Of a stretch of 55,806 nucleotides of DNA, positions 1-9,130 are shown in pieces. The first letter of the stretch is position 1. Each line of letters begins with the position of its first letter. The notes beneath the pieces are model-generated. The model was not told the origin of the DNA. It did not search any database and was given only the letters and a program-made list of their open reading frames with translations. Source of the DNA: an uncultured virus (IMG/VR IMGVR_UViG_3300007512_001367). Its lineage: Duplodnaviria; Heunggongvirae; Uroviricota; Caudoviricetes. The translations under genes were made by a program, and so were the position numbers. Where the stretch lies: the IMG/VR virus record IMGVR_UViG_3300007512_001367, positions 62,001 through 117,806 of that record; one strand, 5' to 3'.

Positions 1-31
1 CCCATTCACCCATGATTTCATTTATTTTCAT
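1..31 (-). CDS. 5' end of a gene running off the window (MKINEIMGEW...), not in ORF track
   Basis: ATG at 31 overlaps the TGA of 28..399 (ATGA); GAGGAG Shine-Dalgarno upstream; frame open to the window edge. Confidence 0.75.
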   Translation of the reverse strand, partial: MKINEIMGEW

Positions 32-399
32 TGTTTCTCCTCAAAGTAGTCTTTAGGAAATAATTCTGTAAGTCTACTGTAAAATCTTCCTTTACTTTGA
101 TATCCTACAATTCTACCTAATTCTTTTCTACCATTCCATATTATAAACGTAGGTGTTCCTCTAATTTTTTTAATTCTATTTTCAGCATATGCTTGTTTAA
201 ACCACTCGGGTTGTGCATATACACTAATAATTATCAATGGTAGCTTTTTAGCTATATCAGAATCATTGTAGTCTACTGCAACTTCGTTAATAAATCTTTC
301 ACAAATATGACAAGCAGGATTATGTGCCATTAATAATTCTAATGCGTATACTGGAAACGCAAATAATATAAAAAATAAAGTTAGTAACAGTTTTTTCAT
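28..399 (-). CDS. Exported thioredoxin-fold protein (SoxS/SoxW-like)
   Basis: Signal peptide, CHIC (CxxC) motif, GTPTF cis-Pro motif, ELGRIVGY. Confidence 0.75.
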   Translation of the reverse strand: MKKLLLTLFFILFAFPVYALELLMAHNPACHICERFINEVAVDYNDSDIAKKLPLIIISVYAQPEWFKQAYAENRIKKIRGTPTFIIWNGRKELGRIVGYQSKGRFYSRLTELFPKDYFEEKQ

Positions 400-648
400 C
401 TACCATCTCCATGGCAACATACTAAGGCCTATAAAATTTAATAACATCTCTATTACAACAACAAATACTAAACCACCACCTATTTGCCATGCCCACCATT
501 TCCATCCTGTAAGGCTACGCGACCATTGTGCAAGTTTACTGTTATGTGCTTTATCATATGCACCTGTTTTATTGCCTATTTTATTTGCCCAGTAATTAGG
601 ATCTACTATATTCTTTAACATTATTAATGGCCATAATAGTTTTTTCAT
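400..648 (-). CDS. Small membrane protein, unknown function
   Basis: Trp-rich hydrophobic C-terminus; abuts neighbouring genes. Confidence 0.6.
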   Translation of the reverse strand: MKKLLWPLIMLKNIVDPNYWANKIGNKTGAYDKAHNSKLAQWSRSLTGWKWWAWQIGGGLVFVVVIEMLLNFIGLSMLPWRW

Positions 649-1253
649 TGTAAAAATTTCCTTATATTTTTTTCAACTTGTACAAGTTGTTTAGGCATTG
701 AATCTTGTTCAATATCAGAATTATTAATAACGTGTACGTCATTAAACATACGTTGATATTCTCCCAACCTTTGGTCTATAATATCAAAATTTTGATGTAT
801 AAGTTTATCTGGTAGTGTACGTTCTCTTTCTTTATTTCTGCGTAAAGCAGTTTGTAAATCTGTGGTTACAAATATCATTGTTGTTTCATATCCTTTATCT
901 TCTAACTCGTCTTTAATACGTCTAACAGTTCCAGCTATTCTACCTGTAGAATCTATTAGCAAACCCAATCCACTGTCAGATAATGATTGTTGTTGTTTAG
1001 TAACTAATTCTTTTGATCTTTGTCTTTGTTTTTCTCGTTCAGGTTCTTCTTCTGGAGGCATTTTCCATGATAAGTTTTTTCTTGTCATAAGATGTTTAAA
1101 AATAATATCCATGTTCACTTGTTTTAATCCTTGGAATACACCTGCTAATTTTCTAGCAACATATGTTTTACCTGCACCTGGGGAGCCAGCAAAAAATATT
1201 GCTTTATACTGATAAGGATCATGTGGACCTTCTAAAAATTCATTTGCTCTCAT
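645..1253 (-). CDS. P-loop kinase (zeta toxin/AAA_33-like)
   Basis: Walker A GSPGAGKT, LLIDSTG, ALRRNKERER lid motif. Confidence 0.8.
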   Translation of the reverse strand: MRANEFLEGPHDPYQYKAIFFAGSPGAGKTYVARKLAGVFQGLKQVNMDIIFKHLMTRKNLSWKMPPEEEPEREKQRQRSKELVTKQQQSLSDSGLGLLIDSTGRIAGTVRRIKDELEDKGYETTMIFVTTDLQTALRRNKERERTLPDKLIHQNFDIIDQRLGEYQRMFNDVHVINNSDIEQDSMPKQLVQVEKNIRKFLQ

Positions 1254-1795
1254 TTTGCGTTAATCCTATCGTTAACTACGTCCCAATTTATTATCTTCCA
1301 AGTATTTACTAGGTACTTTGTCTTGTCAGCTTGATAGTCAAGTGCCCATGCGTGTTCCCACCAGTCGACTAATAGTGCAATATTTTTTACAACTTTATGA
1401 TTTTTAATTGTTTTAATTGTACCACTTGTATCCATATAGATCCAACCTGAACCTTGGATGCCCATTGCCGCTTTTGTAAATTCTTCTTTAAACTTGTCAA
1501 AATCATTTATAAATTCGTTAGAAACACCAGTTGGCCTGTTAGCTCCTGCAGGAGCTTTAAATTGAGGAAAATATAAACTGTGTAAGAATGCACCTGCTAT
1601 TTGGAAGTCACCGCCCTCACTTTTGTTAGCTTTATCTACATAGCCTTTATATAGTTTGCCATAATGATAGTCTAGTGTGTCCTTACTCATTACAGGCACT
1701 AGATCTGTAAGACCATAGGGTAGTTTAGACTGTATATAGTGTGCTTTAGTCTCTTCTATTTGGTCAATTTGGTTAATTAGGTTCCTGATATTCAT
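1250..1795 (-). CDS. sod: Fe/Mn superoxide dismutase, compact
   Basis: LPYG..L.P.MS..TL.YH, FLHSLYF, QGSGW, DWWEHA. Confidence 0.9.
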   Translation of the reverse strand: MNIRNLINQIDQIEETKAHYIQSKLPYGLTDLVPVMSKDTLDYHYGKLYKGYVDKANKSEGGDFQIAGAFLHSLYFPQFKAPAGANRPTGVSNEFINDFDKFKEEFTKAAMGIQGSGWIYMDTSGTIKTIKNHKVVKNIALLVDWWEHAWALDYQADKTKYLVNTWKIINWDVVNDRINAK

Positions 1796-1826
1796 TATAT
1801 CAGTATTTATTTTTAGGTAGATGCTT

Positions 1827-1997
1827 TTAAAACTTACCCTTTTCTATCATTTGTTTTGTTACTTTAGAAGGTATTTTTTGTATTTTGCCACCTTTGGCAA
1901 GAAATTCTTTCATCATACGATCACGTTCTTCTTGTGTTGATTTTTTATATTCTTTATCGGATGAATAATTTTTATTGATTCCTTCAAATTTTGGCAT
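1827..1997 (-). CDS. 56-aa SutA-like putative RNA polymerase-binding protein (not in ORF track)
   Basis: Hand translation MPKFEGINKNYSSDKEYKKSTQEERDRMMKEFLAKGGKIQKIPSKVTKQMIEKGKF; fills the gap between two genes; EFLxxGGK(I/V)QxI motif. Confidence 0.7.
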   Translation of the reverse strand: MPKFEGINKNYSSDKEYKKSTQEERDRMMKEFLAKGGKIQKIPSKVTKQMIEKGKF

Positions 1998-3186
1998 TAA
2001 GATGTCCTTCTAGTTCGGGTAATGTATTTAATATATTATTGTTTCGATGTTTATCTCTTATATGTACTTCTTTGCAAAATGTTTGCCAATTTTTAATGTT
2101 AAAGTTATTTGTGTTATAGCACATATCTATTAATTGATCAATTGCTTTAGTTATTTCTTTGTTAGTAAAGTCTTTGCTTATATTAGATAATCGTTTACCT
2201 GCTAATTTTAAGATTTGTTTTGGTAAATTTGTAGGTCTATAATGTAATGGAGCATCTAGTATATAGAAGTAATTTAAATATTTTTTTTCTTTTATCCAGT
2301 TAAGCAATTTGTCTAGTTTTAATATATTAAGATTAGATACTACTGTGTTTATAATAAATTTAATATTTTGTTGTTTTAAATATTCTATTGTGTTTAATAT
2401 TTTTTGCCAATCGGAAGGATATCTTATGTAAGTGTTAGCATCTTTATATGCATCGATACTTACATTTACTTTGGTATTTTTAAATTTTTTGAATATTGAT
2501 ACCCAGGTTTTATCAGGAAAGATTGTTCCATTTGTTTGTATTTTTAAAGTAATATTTTTTGCAATATCGTTAGGAATAGTAGATAAGACTTTTTTTATTT
2601 CGGGAACCATTAAAGTTTCTCCACCTCGTATATCTAAAAACAATAATCTTGGATGTATTATTTCCTTAATTGCATCAACAGTATCTACTACAAATTTTGT
2701 ATAATTTGTGTTAGGAGCCTCACTAATACCTAATATTTTGTTTTCAGCATGAAACATACTGCTATCACGTTCGTTGCAAGTTAAACATTTTAAATTGCAT
2801 AGGTTACTAATATGTATATCAACATATAAAGGTCTTTGCAAAGTATTAATATGTAATTTTTCTACAATATTTTTATAATAATCAGAGGATTGTTTGTTTT
2901 TAATAAAATAGTATTCATTATATTTTTGTCTATGACTATGATGTCCACTTTTTTCTTGATATTGACATAAACGGCAATCAGCTAATCTTTTACCATTTAA
3001 CAAGTCATTTCTCATTTTTTTAACTTTATCGGAATTAAAAAAATCGTATGAAGTTTGTTTTTTTATATTGCTGTCTTTAAATGTAGTATTACAACAGACG
3101 TTGTGATTTCCGGTAATTCTTGTAGTTACGTTTATAAAGGGCTGAATGCAGAAATGTTTATTGATCGTTTTGTCCATAGTTGTCAA
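1984..3186 (-). CDS. Radical SAM protein with N-terminal twitch/SPASM-like domain (start probably 3177)
   Basis: CNLKCLTC motif, GGET, TNGT, VSIDA, YIRYPSDW; N-terminal C..PF...CC...CxxC. Confidence 0.9.
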   Translation of the reverse strand: MTTMDKTINKHFCIQPFINVTTRITGNHNVCCNTTFKDSNIKKQTSYDFFNSDKVKKMRNDLLNGKRLADCRLCQYQEKSGHHSHRQKYNEYYFIKNKQSSDYYKNIVEKLHINTLQRPLYVDIHISNLCNLKCLTCNERDSSMFHAENKILGISEAPNTNYTKFVVDTVDAIKEIIHPRLLFLDIRGGETLMVPEIKKVLSTIPNDIAKNITLKIQTNGTIFPDKTWVSIFKKFKNTKVNVSIDAYKDANTYIRYPSDWQKILNTIEYLKQQNIKFIINTVVSNLNILKLDKLLNWIKEKKYLNYFYILDAPLHYRPTNLPKQILKLAGKRLSNISKDFTNKEITKAIDQLIDMCYNTNNFNIKNWQTFCKEVHIRDKHRNNNILNTLPELEGHLNAKI

Positions 3187-4327
3187 GTGCTTGTTGTACT
3201 TTACTTAATGGATCTCTATTCGCTTGGTATAAAATTCCATATCCGCCTGCCCCTTGCCAACGTTCAATATTAACTGGTCTGTCGTCAATTAGTATATTTG
3301 GTGTACCTGATGCTTTGTCTTTTGCGTATGATTCTTTTCTTCCAGTAATAATAGTTTCATCTGGTTTTTCAATATGTTGTTCAATCCATAGTTTTTTGTA
3401 TTTTGACGAAACTTCATGATCACCCCGTAGTGGTGATGTTAGAATAGAAAACGAACCTCCAGTAAATTTTTTAACCAAAGTAATTAATTGATCAGCATTT
3501 GGAAATTCTGGGAGTGTTGCAAAAAAGTCAGTGCCAGTAATTCGATTAATTACTTCTTGTTTTAAATCTTTTGTTTTATCTGATGTTAATTGTTTCCAAT
3601 GTTCTACGCCATATAGTTTTTCCACGCCTCCAAAGAAATCAGCTAATACTCCATCCATATCTATATACACTATAGGTTTATTTTCCATTTGTTCATTGTA
3701 CAACTTTTCGTTGTTCATTGCAACTTTTACACCCATAGCATTTTGAATCATTTGGTAAATTGTTTTACTTTTTGTACCGCCCATTACAATTTTAGAAAAA
3801 TTTGCAAAATCATCGTTTTGTGCAAACTCTCTTGCCTTAGATGCCGAAGCACCTGATATACCTTCTGCGTCTGGATCTCTTTCTCCAGCACTTATAACAT
3901 CTACAAAATCAAAATTATAAAGTTCGTTGCCTTTTTGATCTGGTTTGCCATTATATTGTTTTAACAGTTTATCAAATTCCATTACTCTATCACTACCAGC
4001 AACCATTATAACTCTTGTTCTGCCTTGTGCTTCAATAACTTGTAATGCTTTTATGACTGTATTTGCTTCACTATGTCCAATTTCTAAATCTGGATCATTT
4101 ATTAAAGTTCGTAGATATGCTAACTTTTGATTAAAAGAAAGTGGATCTTTTTTTGCGTTTTGTGTATGAGATAGAAAAATAAATCCTTTGCCATTAACTT
4201 TTTTAGCCTGGGCTTGGACCAGTTCAATTAATTTTTGGTGTCCTATTGTGGGAGGATTAAATCGGCCAAAAGCAAAAACGGCTGTTGCCCTACCGTCCTC
4301 TTTGAGAAACAGTTCCTTTAACAACAT
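3158..4327 (-). CDS. Fusion of cytidylyltransferase-like nucleotidyltransferase and HAD 5'(3')-deoxyribonucleotidase
   Basis: N-terminal FGRFNPPTIGH, VAGSDR, SASKAR; C-terminal YIDMDGVLADF and ILIDDR. Confidence 0.85.
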   Translation of the reverse strand: MLLKELFLKEDGRATAVFAFGRFNPPTIGHQKLIELVQAQAKKVNGKGFIFLSHTQNAKKDPLSFNQKLAYLRTLINDPDLEIGHSEANTVIKALQVIEAQGRTRVIMVAGSDRVMEFDKLLKQYNGKPDQKGNELYNFDFVDVISAGERDPDAEGISGASASKAREFAQNDDFANFSKIVMGGTKSKTIYQMIQNAMGVKVAMNNEKLYNEQMENKPIVYIDMDGVLADFFGGVEKLYGVEHWKQLTSDKTKDLKQEVINRITGTDFFATLPEFPNADQLITLVKKFTGGSFSILTSPLRGDHEVSSKYKKLWIEQHIEKPDETIITGRKESYAKDKASGTPNILIDDRPVNIERWQGAGGYGILYQANRDPLSKVQQALDNYGQNDQ

Positions 4328-4658
4328 CGTATTCGCCTTTTTCTATATTTTCCTTTTCTCTATCTGCTATTACTTGAGCAACTTTTAATCTAGTTTCTTT
4401 TGGAAACATATCTTTAACATCTTGATCTGGTGTGCCAAATTCTTTAACATATTCTCTGGCCGCATCATCTACAAGGTACATCCATAATTTAATTACTTTT
4501 TCATGGTCGTATATACCTCTTCTCATTTTTCTTTTAATGTTTTCAATAATAGGCATAAAACGTCTACGATATAAATCTTCGTTATTCATTATGTACGAGT
4601 CTAGCTCGTTTACTGCGTCAGAGTCTTGTGCTTCTGTTATGAATTGATATGCTCTCAT
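4290..4658 (-). CDS. Hypothetical phage protein, possible internal head protein
   Basis: N-terminus MRAYQFITE; TAAATA 6 nt upstream of ATG. Confidence 0.65.
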   Translation of the reverse strand: MRAYQFITEAQDSDAVNELDSYIMNNEDLYRRRFMPIIENIKRKMRRGIYDHEKVIKLWMYLVDDAAREYVKEFGTPDQDVKDMFPKETRLKVAQVIADREKENIEKGEYDVVKGTVSQRGR

Positions 4659-4670
4659 TAAGCATATTTA

Positions 4671-5231
4671 TTAGTAAAGGTTCTCAAGTAACCACATATA
4701 AAAGGGAGAAGTGAATGTGAATGTCCAAGATCCGTTATGACCCATTTCAGTTACATTTTTAAAGGTCTCAGGCAATTTGTTACCTGCTTTTGCTTGTTGT
4801 GATGCCCATGGTTCAGGATATTCTGGTCTATATATACCTTCGTATACTAATGCTCCTATATCAATTTCATCAATTGTTATTTGACCGATATGTAATGCTT
4901 GGTCTTTAACAATTTTGCCATCTTCAACAATAGTTTGCTTGGGAGTTTTGTTAGTTCTCTTTATAATAAAATCGTATGATTTATTGTGTTCAAGTTCGTG
5001 TTCAAATGTAATTATAGTTGGTTTATTTTTTGTACTAGTAATTTCATTTTTGAAATATGAATTATCAATGTTAAGTATAGGTTTGTTAGAATCATAATCA
5101 AAGAGATTTTTATTATCAACATCGGTGATTGTTTTATCGCTTGATTTATTAAGTTTTATTTCTGCTATTGGGGGTGTGTCCCAATATGTTGAAGACAATT
5201 CAATTTTAAATGTTAATTTTTCGGTTTCCAT
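4671..5231 (-). CDS. Hypothetical protein, paralog of 36110..36673
   Basis: KTPKQTIVEDGKIVKDQALHIGQITID resembles KSPKDTEVKNSKIISDKKLQICEIKID. Confidence 0.65.
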   Translation of the reverse strand: METEKLTFKIELSSTYWDTPPIAEIKLNKSSDKTITDVDNKNLFDYDSNKPILNIDNSYFKNEITSTKNKPTIITFEHELEHNKSYDFIIKRTNKTPKQTIVEDGKIVKDQALHIGQITIDEIDIGALVYEGIYRPEYPEPWASQQAKAGNKLPETFKNVTEMGHNGSWTFTFTSPFYMWLLENLY

Positions 5232-5407
5232 GTAAATTCCAATCCGGACTTATGTCCTATATATGATTTATTTACATCGTTTCTGAATAGTTCTATAGTT
5301 ATTTGAGTACCTTCTACAACTACTTTTAAATATTTGTCAGTATGTGATAATACGTCTGCAGTTTTGATTTTACCATTCTCTGTGCAAACGATTTCAACTT
5401 GATCCAT
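5213..5407 (-). CDS. Small hypothetical protein
   Basis: Fills the operon gap on the coding strand. Confidence 0.6.
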   Translation of the reverse strand: MDQVEIVCTENGKIKTADVLSHTDKYLKVVVEGTQITIELFRNDVNKSYIGHKSGLEFTWKPKN

Positions 5408-5408
5408 G

Positions 5409-8400
5409 TTATTTCTTTTTAATTGGAACGAATTTGTCTGTTTCTAAATCGTAAACTAATCCGTGTGTTAATGCTATTGAATTATTATTTCTGCTGTCAC
5501 CGTATAAATTTGCTTTTAAAGTTTTGCCATCTTTTTCGTAACATTTTGGATTTTTCATCCATAAAAATTTACAATTTGTGTGTAATTTTTTAACATAGTT
5601 AAATCCTAAACTAACACCATCGTGTCCATCTTGTCCAGCAATATCTTGTCTGTATTCTGCTTTAAAGTTCCAAGATGCATCCATATCATTTGTTGGTGTG
5701 TGATTATAAAAGAATCCAATATCTTTTTCAATTTTAGAAGGACTCATATCAGATTCGATAGTTGTATAATTAACATCACCATCTAATGTTCTTGATTCAG
5801 GAACCGTTAAATTCATTGTACCATTTGTAATATGACTTGGTGTTGATAATGAGAATCCCCAAGAATTATTTTGATCCTTGTGTACTTCATATGCTAGTTT
5901 CATAGATTCTGTTTCAATGTTATCAAATCCTGTTATTAAACTATTATCAGTTGTATTAACATCTGTATAACCTTTTGAATAATCAAAACTTAACACATTG
6001 TTACCTAATTGATATTCAATACCTATTTGTCCAAAATTTGTAATGTTATTATCACCAACTGCTAATGCACCACTTGAAGAGTTACCTAACCAGTTGTCTT
6101 GTTCATTCATTTGTCCAATTGATGTTTTTAATTTAAATTTATTACTTAACATAAAGTTTTTACCTATATTTGCTGAAAAGTCTCCATTTCCATTTTCACC
6201 TGAGTATATACCAAAGTTCATATATCCTAAATCATAATTGCCACCTTGTGCAAAATTTCCGTACATAGATTGAATTGGAAGATATGTGTGTCCATTCATC
6301 ATCATATCTATATCAGATACTTTTCTCATATCTTTAACTGAAAAACTTGATCCTAAATTTAGATAATAATCTCTTTCATATTCATCCAATATCATTACTT
6401 TTAAATTTGCTAAATTACTTGGCAACGCAGTACCAGTTGCAAAATATGTTCCATATACATTTATAATTGGTCCGTTTGTTCTACCTGTTGTTGGAATACC
6501 TGTTGCACCTTGTGGTTTTGTTGCTTCACTTAAATCTAATAAACCTTGTCCGTGTGTGTTTACATTATAACCATATATATTTTTATTTGCAGTAGACAAT
6601 ATAAGTTTAACAAGATTGTCACCTTTCATGTGTGGCCACATTTGATTTATTACACCAAATGCTCCAGTTACGTGTGGTGCCGCCATACTAGTACCAGACA
6701 TATTCATATATCCATTGCCACCTAAATGAGTTGGAACAGAACTATTGATAAGATTACCTGGTGCTAAAATATAAAAGTCTGAAACTTTGTATTGGTCATT
6801 ACAAGCATTATTAGAAATGTCTAAACATACGTGACCTGCTTTATTACCTGCAATTGTTCCGTTATCCCAGTTACCTACAATAATCATTTTGCCACCTAAT
6901 ATAAGGTTTCCACTTGCATCTACTTCTACTGCCCAAATACCGGGATCACCTGAGTGATTGAATCCATAGTTACCTGCAGAGTTTACTAAAATAATATCGT
7001 TGTCAGTTGCTACTTTATAATATTTTGCATTTCCATCACCATTGTCCATTTTTGAAGTAATTTCTGATGCGTTATATGTGCCATCTCCTAATTGAGTTAC
7101 TGTACTACCTTGTCCATTAGTAAACAATGTTGGAGTATTCCAACTCATATTAACTGCGACAATGTTTAAATTTTCGCCATTTGGATCTTTTAATTTTGCA
7201 AAATCATGTAATGCCTGTTGAGCATAACTTTTTGAAATACCACCATATCCATAATAGTCAACGTTGGCACCAACTAATTCGGCATCAAACGCCACACCGT
7301 GATTTCCTGTATTATTTTTTTTACCTGCTATAATACCTGCAACGTGTGTACCGTGAACTTGTGTATTGCCTGATGTAGATACTGTATTATCATATCTTGT
7401 ATAATCATTGTACCATTTATATTTGCCACTTAATTCTGGGTGATCAGTTTGTTGGTATGTATCAATTATTCCTAATACTGCACCTTTACCTGTCCATCCT
7501 TTTGCATAAGCATCTGCGGCATTTATAGTATTCAATCCGTGGTTTGTATTGTATTCAGTTGTTTTGTGATCATTTACAACTGTAGACATATTTTCTGTTT
7601 TTGTACCTAGTGTTGTATCTTGATCTGTGTATGCGTTTGAAATTGTAACCTGTGCAATTTGTGTACCTGAATTACTTGAAGTAGAAACTGTATTAGCAGT
7701 TGTTTCACTAACTGGTAGTTCTTCTGTTCTTGTAGCAGTACTAATTGTATTAACTGTCCAATCACTTGTCACTACTGTTGCAGTACCTGAAATAGTTTCT
7801 GATGTACCGTCTTTATATGTAACCTTTGTTTGTGGTGTTGTAGTTGTAATTGTTCTAGAATTTTGTTTTGTAATATCTGTGTAAGTTCTTGTTCTTGTTA
7901 CCGTAGTTGTGACTGGTGTAGTAATTGTAGTATCAACATATCTTACGGTTGTTCTTGTCGTAGTGTTGTCACCATTATCAACATCTGTAACAACATCTCT
8001 GTTTGCAGTTGTAGTAACCGCAGTTCCGTTTGCAGTAGTTGTATTTGTATCTTCTGCATCTGCATAATTTGTCACAACATATTGATCGTTGGTTTCAGTA
8101 ACTGTATTAACCGTAGCTTCAAGAGTTTCTGATGTTATTACTGGATTGTCACCTTCTCTAGTTTCTGTTGAAGTTTCTACTGTTGGATCTAAAGCTATTG
8201 TAGAAACAACCGGTGTTCCATATGTACAGGCACTATCAACTGTTGTACCATTTAATAAAGTTTTTCTAACTATTGTACAAGGTGTTGTTGTAGTAGTTCG
8301 GTAATTTGGAGTAGTAATTGTAATTGTTCTTGTTTCTTGTCCACCACCAGCATTTACAGTTGTCCAGTCACTTGTTGAAGTTGATGCTTCAGCAGTACCT

Positions 8401-9020
8401 ACTGTATCAACTGTTGAAACTGTAGATGTACCACTTACTGTTTCTGTACTTTTAATTTTTTTAGTTTCAGCATAACTTGTTGCAGTTGTATCTTTTTCTG
8501 TATTAATAATTTCTTGTGCTTTATCTTCTTTTGCAACCAAATTGTATTCTGTTAGAGATACTGCATTACCATTTGATACTTTTTGTATAATAGGTTTAAC
8601 ATGATCTCTCAAATAAATCATGGCCGCGTATGCTTCTTTATATGAATTAGAATTATATATTGTATATTTTGTTGAATCGTCTTTACTTGATATTAAATCT
8701 TCTGTTTGAGACCAAAGTGTTTCTGCTTGGTTTAACATTGATAATAGTGTATTTGCTGTCTCTATATCATCTGCATCGGGTCCTGTTAATACTGCTTGTA
8801 AACTAGAATAGTTTCCACTTGAAATAGTTGATTGGAAATTTGATAATAAACTTGAATAAGAACTTACAATAGAACTTGATCCTGATAAATTAGATAAATC
8901 ACCTTGAACAAAATCATTTACAACACCAGCACCAGAACCACCGCCACCGCCTCCACAAGCTGATAGAGTCGTAGCAAGAGCTGTGCTTAATAAAATCTTC
9001 CTTAACTTTGCGTTAATCAT
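5409..9020 (-). CDS. Subtilisin-family (S8) serine protease lipoprotein with Thr-rich stalk and probable C-terminal beta-barrel
   Basis: Start re-assigned to ATG 9020; lipobox LSAC; triad IIDT, HGTHVAG, SGTSMAAPHV; amphipathic beta-strands at the C-terminus. Confidence 0.9.
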   Translation of the reverse strand: MINAKLRKILLSTALATTLSACGGGGGGSGAGVVNDFVQGDLSNLSGSSSIVSSYSSLLSNFQSTISSGNYSSLQAVLTGPDADDIETANTLLSMLNQAETLWSQTEDLISSKDDSTKYTIYNSNSYKEAYAAMIYLRDHVKPIIQKVSNGNAVSLTEYNLVAKEDKAQEIINTEKDTTATSYAETKKIKSTETVSGTSTVSTVDTVGTAEASTSTSDWTTVNAGGGQETRTITITTPNYRTTTTTPCTIVRKTLLNGTTVDSACTYGTPVVSTIALDPTVETSTETREGDNPVITSETLEATVNTVTETNDQYVVTNYADAEDTNTTTANGTAVTTTANRDVVTDVDNGDNTTTRTTVRYVDTTITTPVTTTVTRTRTYTDITKQNSRTITTTTPQTKVTYKDGTSETISGTATVVTSDWTVNTISTATRTEELPVSETTANTVSTSSNSGTQIAQVTISNAYTDQDTTLGTKTENMSTVVNDHKTTEYNTNHGLNTINAADAYAKGWTGKGAVLGIIDTYQQTDHPELSGKYKWYNDYTRYDNTVSTSGNTQVHGTHVAGIIAGKKNNTGNHGVAFDAELVGANVDYYGYGGISKSYAQQALHDFAKLKDPNGENLNIVAVNMSWNTPTLFTNGQGSTVTQLGDGTYNASEITSKMDNGDGNAKYYKVATDNDIILVNSAGNYGFNHSGDPGIWAVEVDASGNLILGGKMIIVGNWDNGTIAGNKAGHVCLDISNNACNDQYKVSDFYILAPGNLINSSVPTHLGGNGYMNMSGTSMAAPHVTGAFGVINQMWPHMKGDNLVKLILSTANKNIYGYNVNTHGQGLLDLSEATKPQGATGIPTTGRTNGPIINVYGTYFATGTALPSNLANLKVMILDEYERDYYLNLGSSFSVKDMRKVSDIDMMMNGHTYLPIQSMYGNFAQGGNYDLGYMNFGIYSGENGNGDFSANIGKNFMLSNKFKLKTSIGQMNEQDNWLGNSSSGALAVGDNNITNFGQIGIEYQLGNNVLSFDYSKGYTDVNTTDNSLITGFDNIETESMKLAYEVHKDQNNSWGFSLSTPSHITNGTMNLTVPESRTLDGDVNYTTIESDMSPSKIEKDIGFFYNHTPTNDMDASWNFKAEYRQDIAGQDGHDGVSLGFNYVKKLHTNCKFLWMKNPKCYEKDGKTLKANLYGDSRNNNSIALTHGLVYDLETDKFVPIKKK

Positions 9021-9028
9021 ATAGTATA

Positions 9029-9056
9029 ATAATACTATACTTTTGGTAGAAGTCAA
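9029..9056 (-). promoter_or_regulatory. Sigma70-like promoter of the S8 protease gene
   Basis: TTGACT-N16-TATTAT, 8 nt before ATG 9020. Confidence 0.55.
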
Positions 9057-9062
9057 CCAAAG

Positions 9063-9081
9063 TAGGTCTTAAAAAGACCTA
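9063..9081. terminator. Hairpin, possible terminator or operator
   Basis: Perfect inverted repeat TAGGTCTT-AAA-AAGACCTA in an intergenic gap. Confidence 0.45.
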
Positions 9082-9130
9082 TGTAATTCAATGACTTACG
9101 TCTGGTGTTTTTGGTAATTGTGGGTAAAAA

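Noticed and set aside
7600..8500. Thr-rich tract as a DNA tandem repeat
   Set aside because: Low-complexity protein stalk with no discrete repeated nucleotide unit
9021..9056. TTG start extending the subtilase to 1215 aa
   Set aside because: The TTG is part of the -35 box; ATG 9020 gives a proper lipoprotein signal peptide
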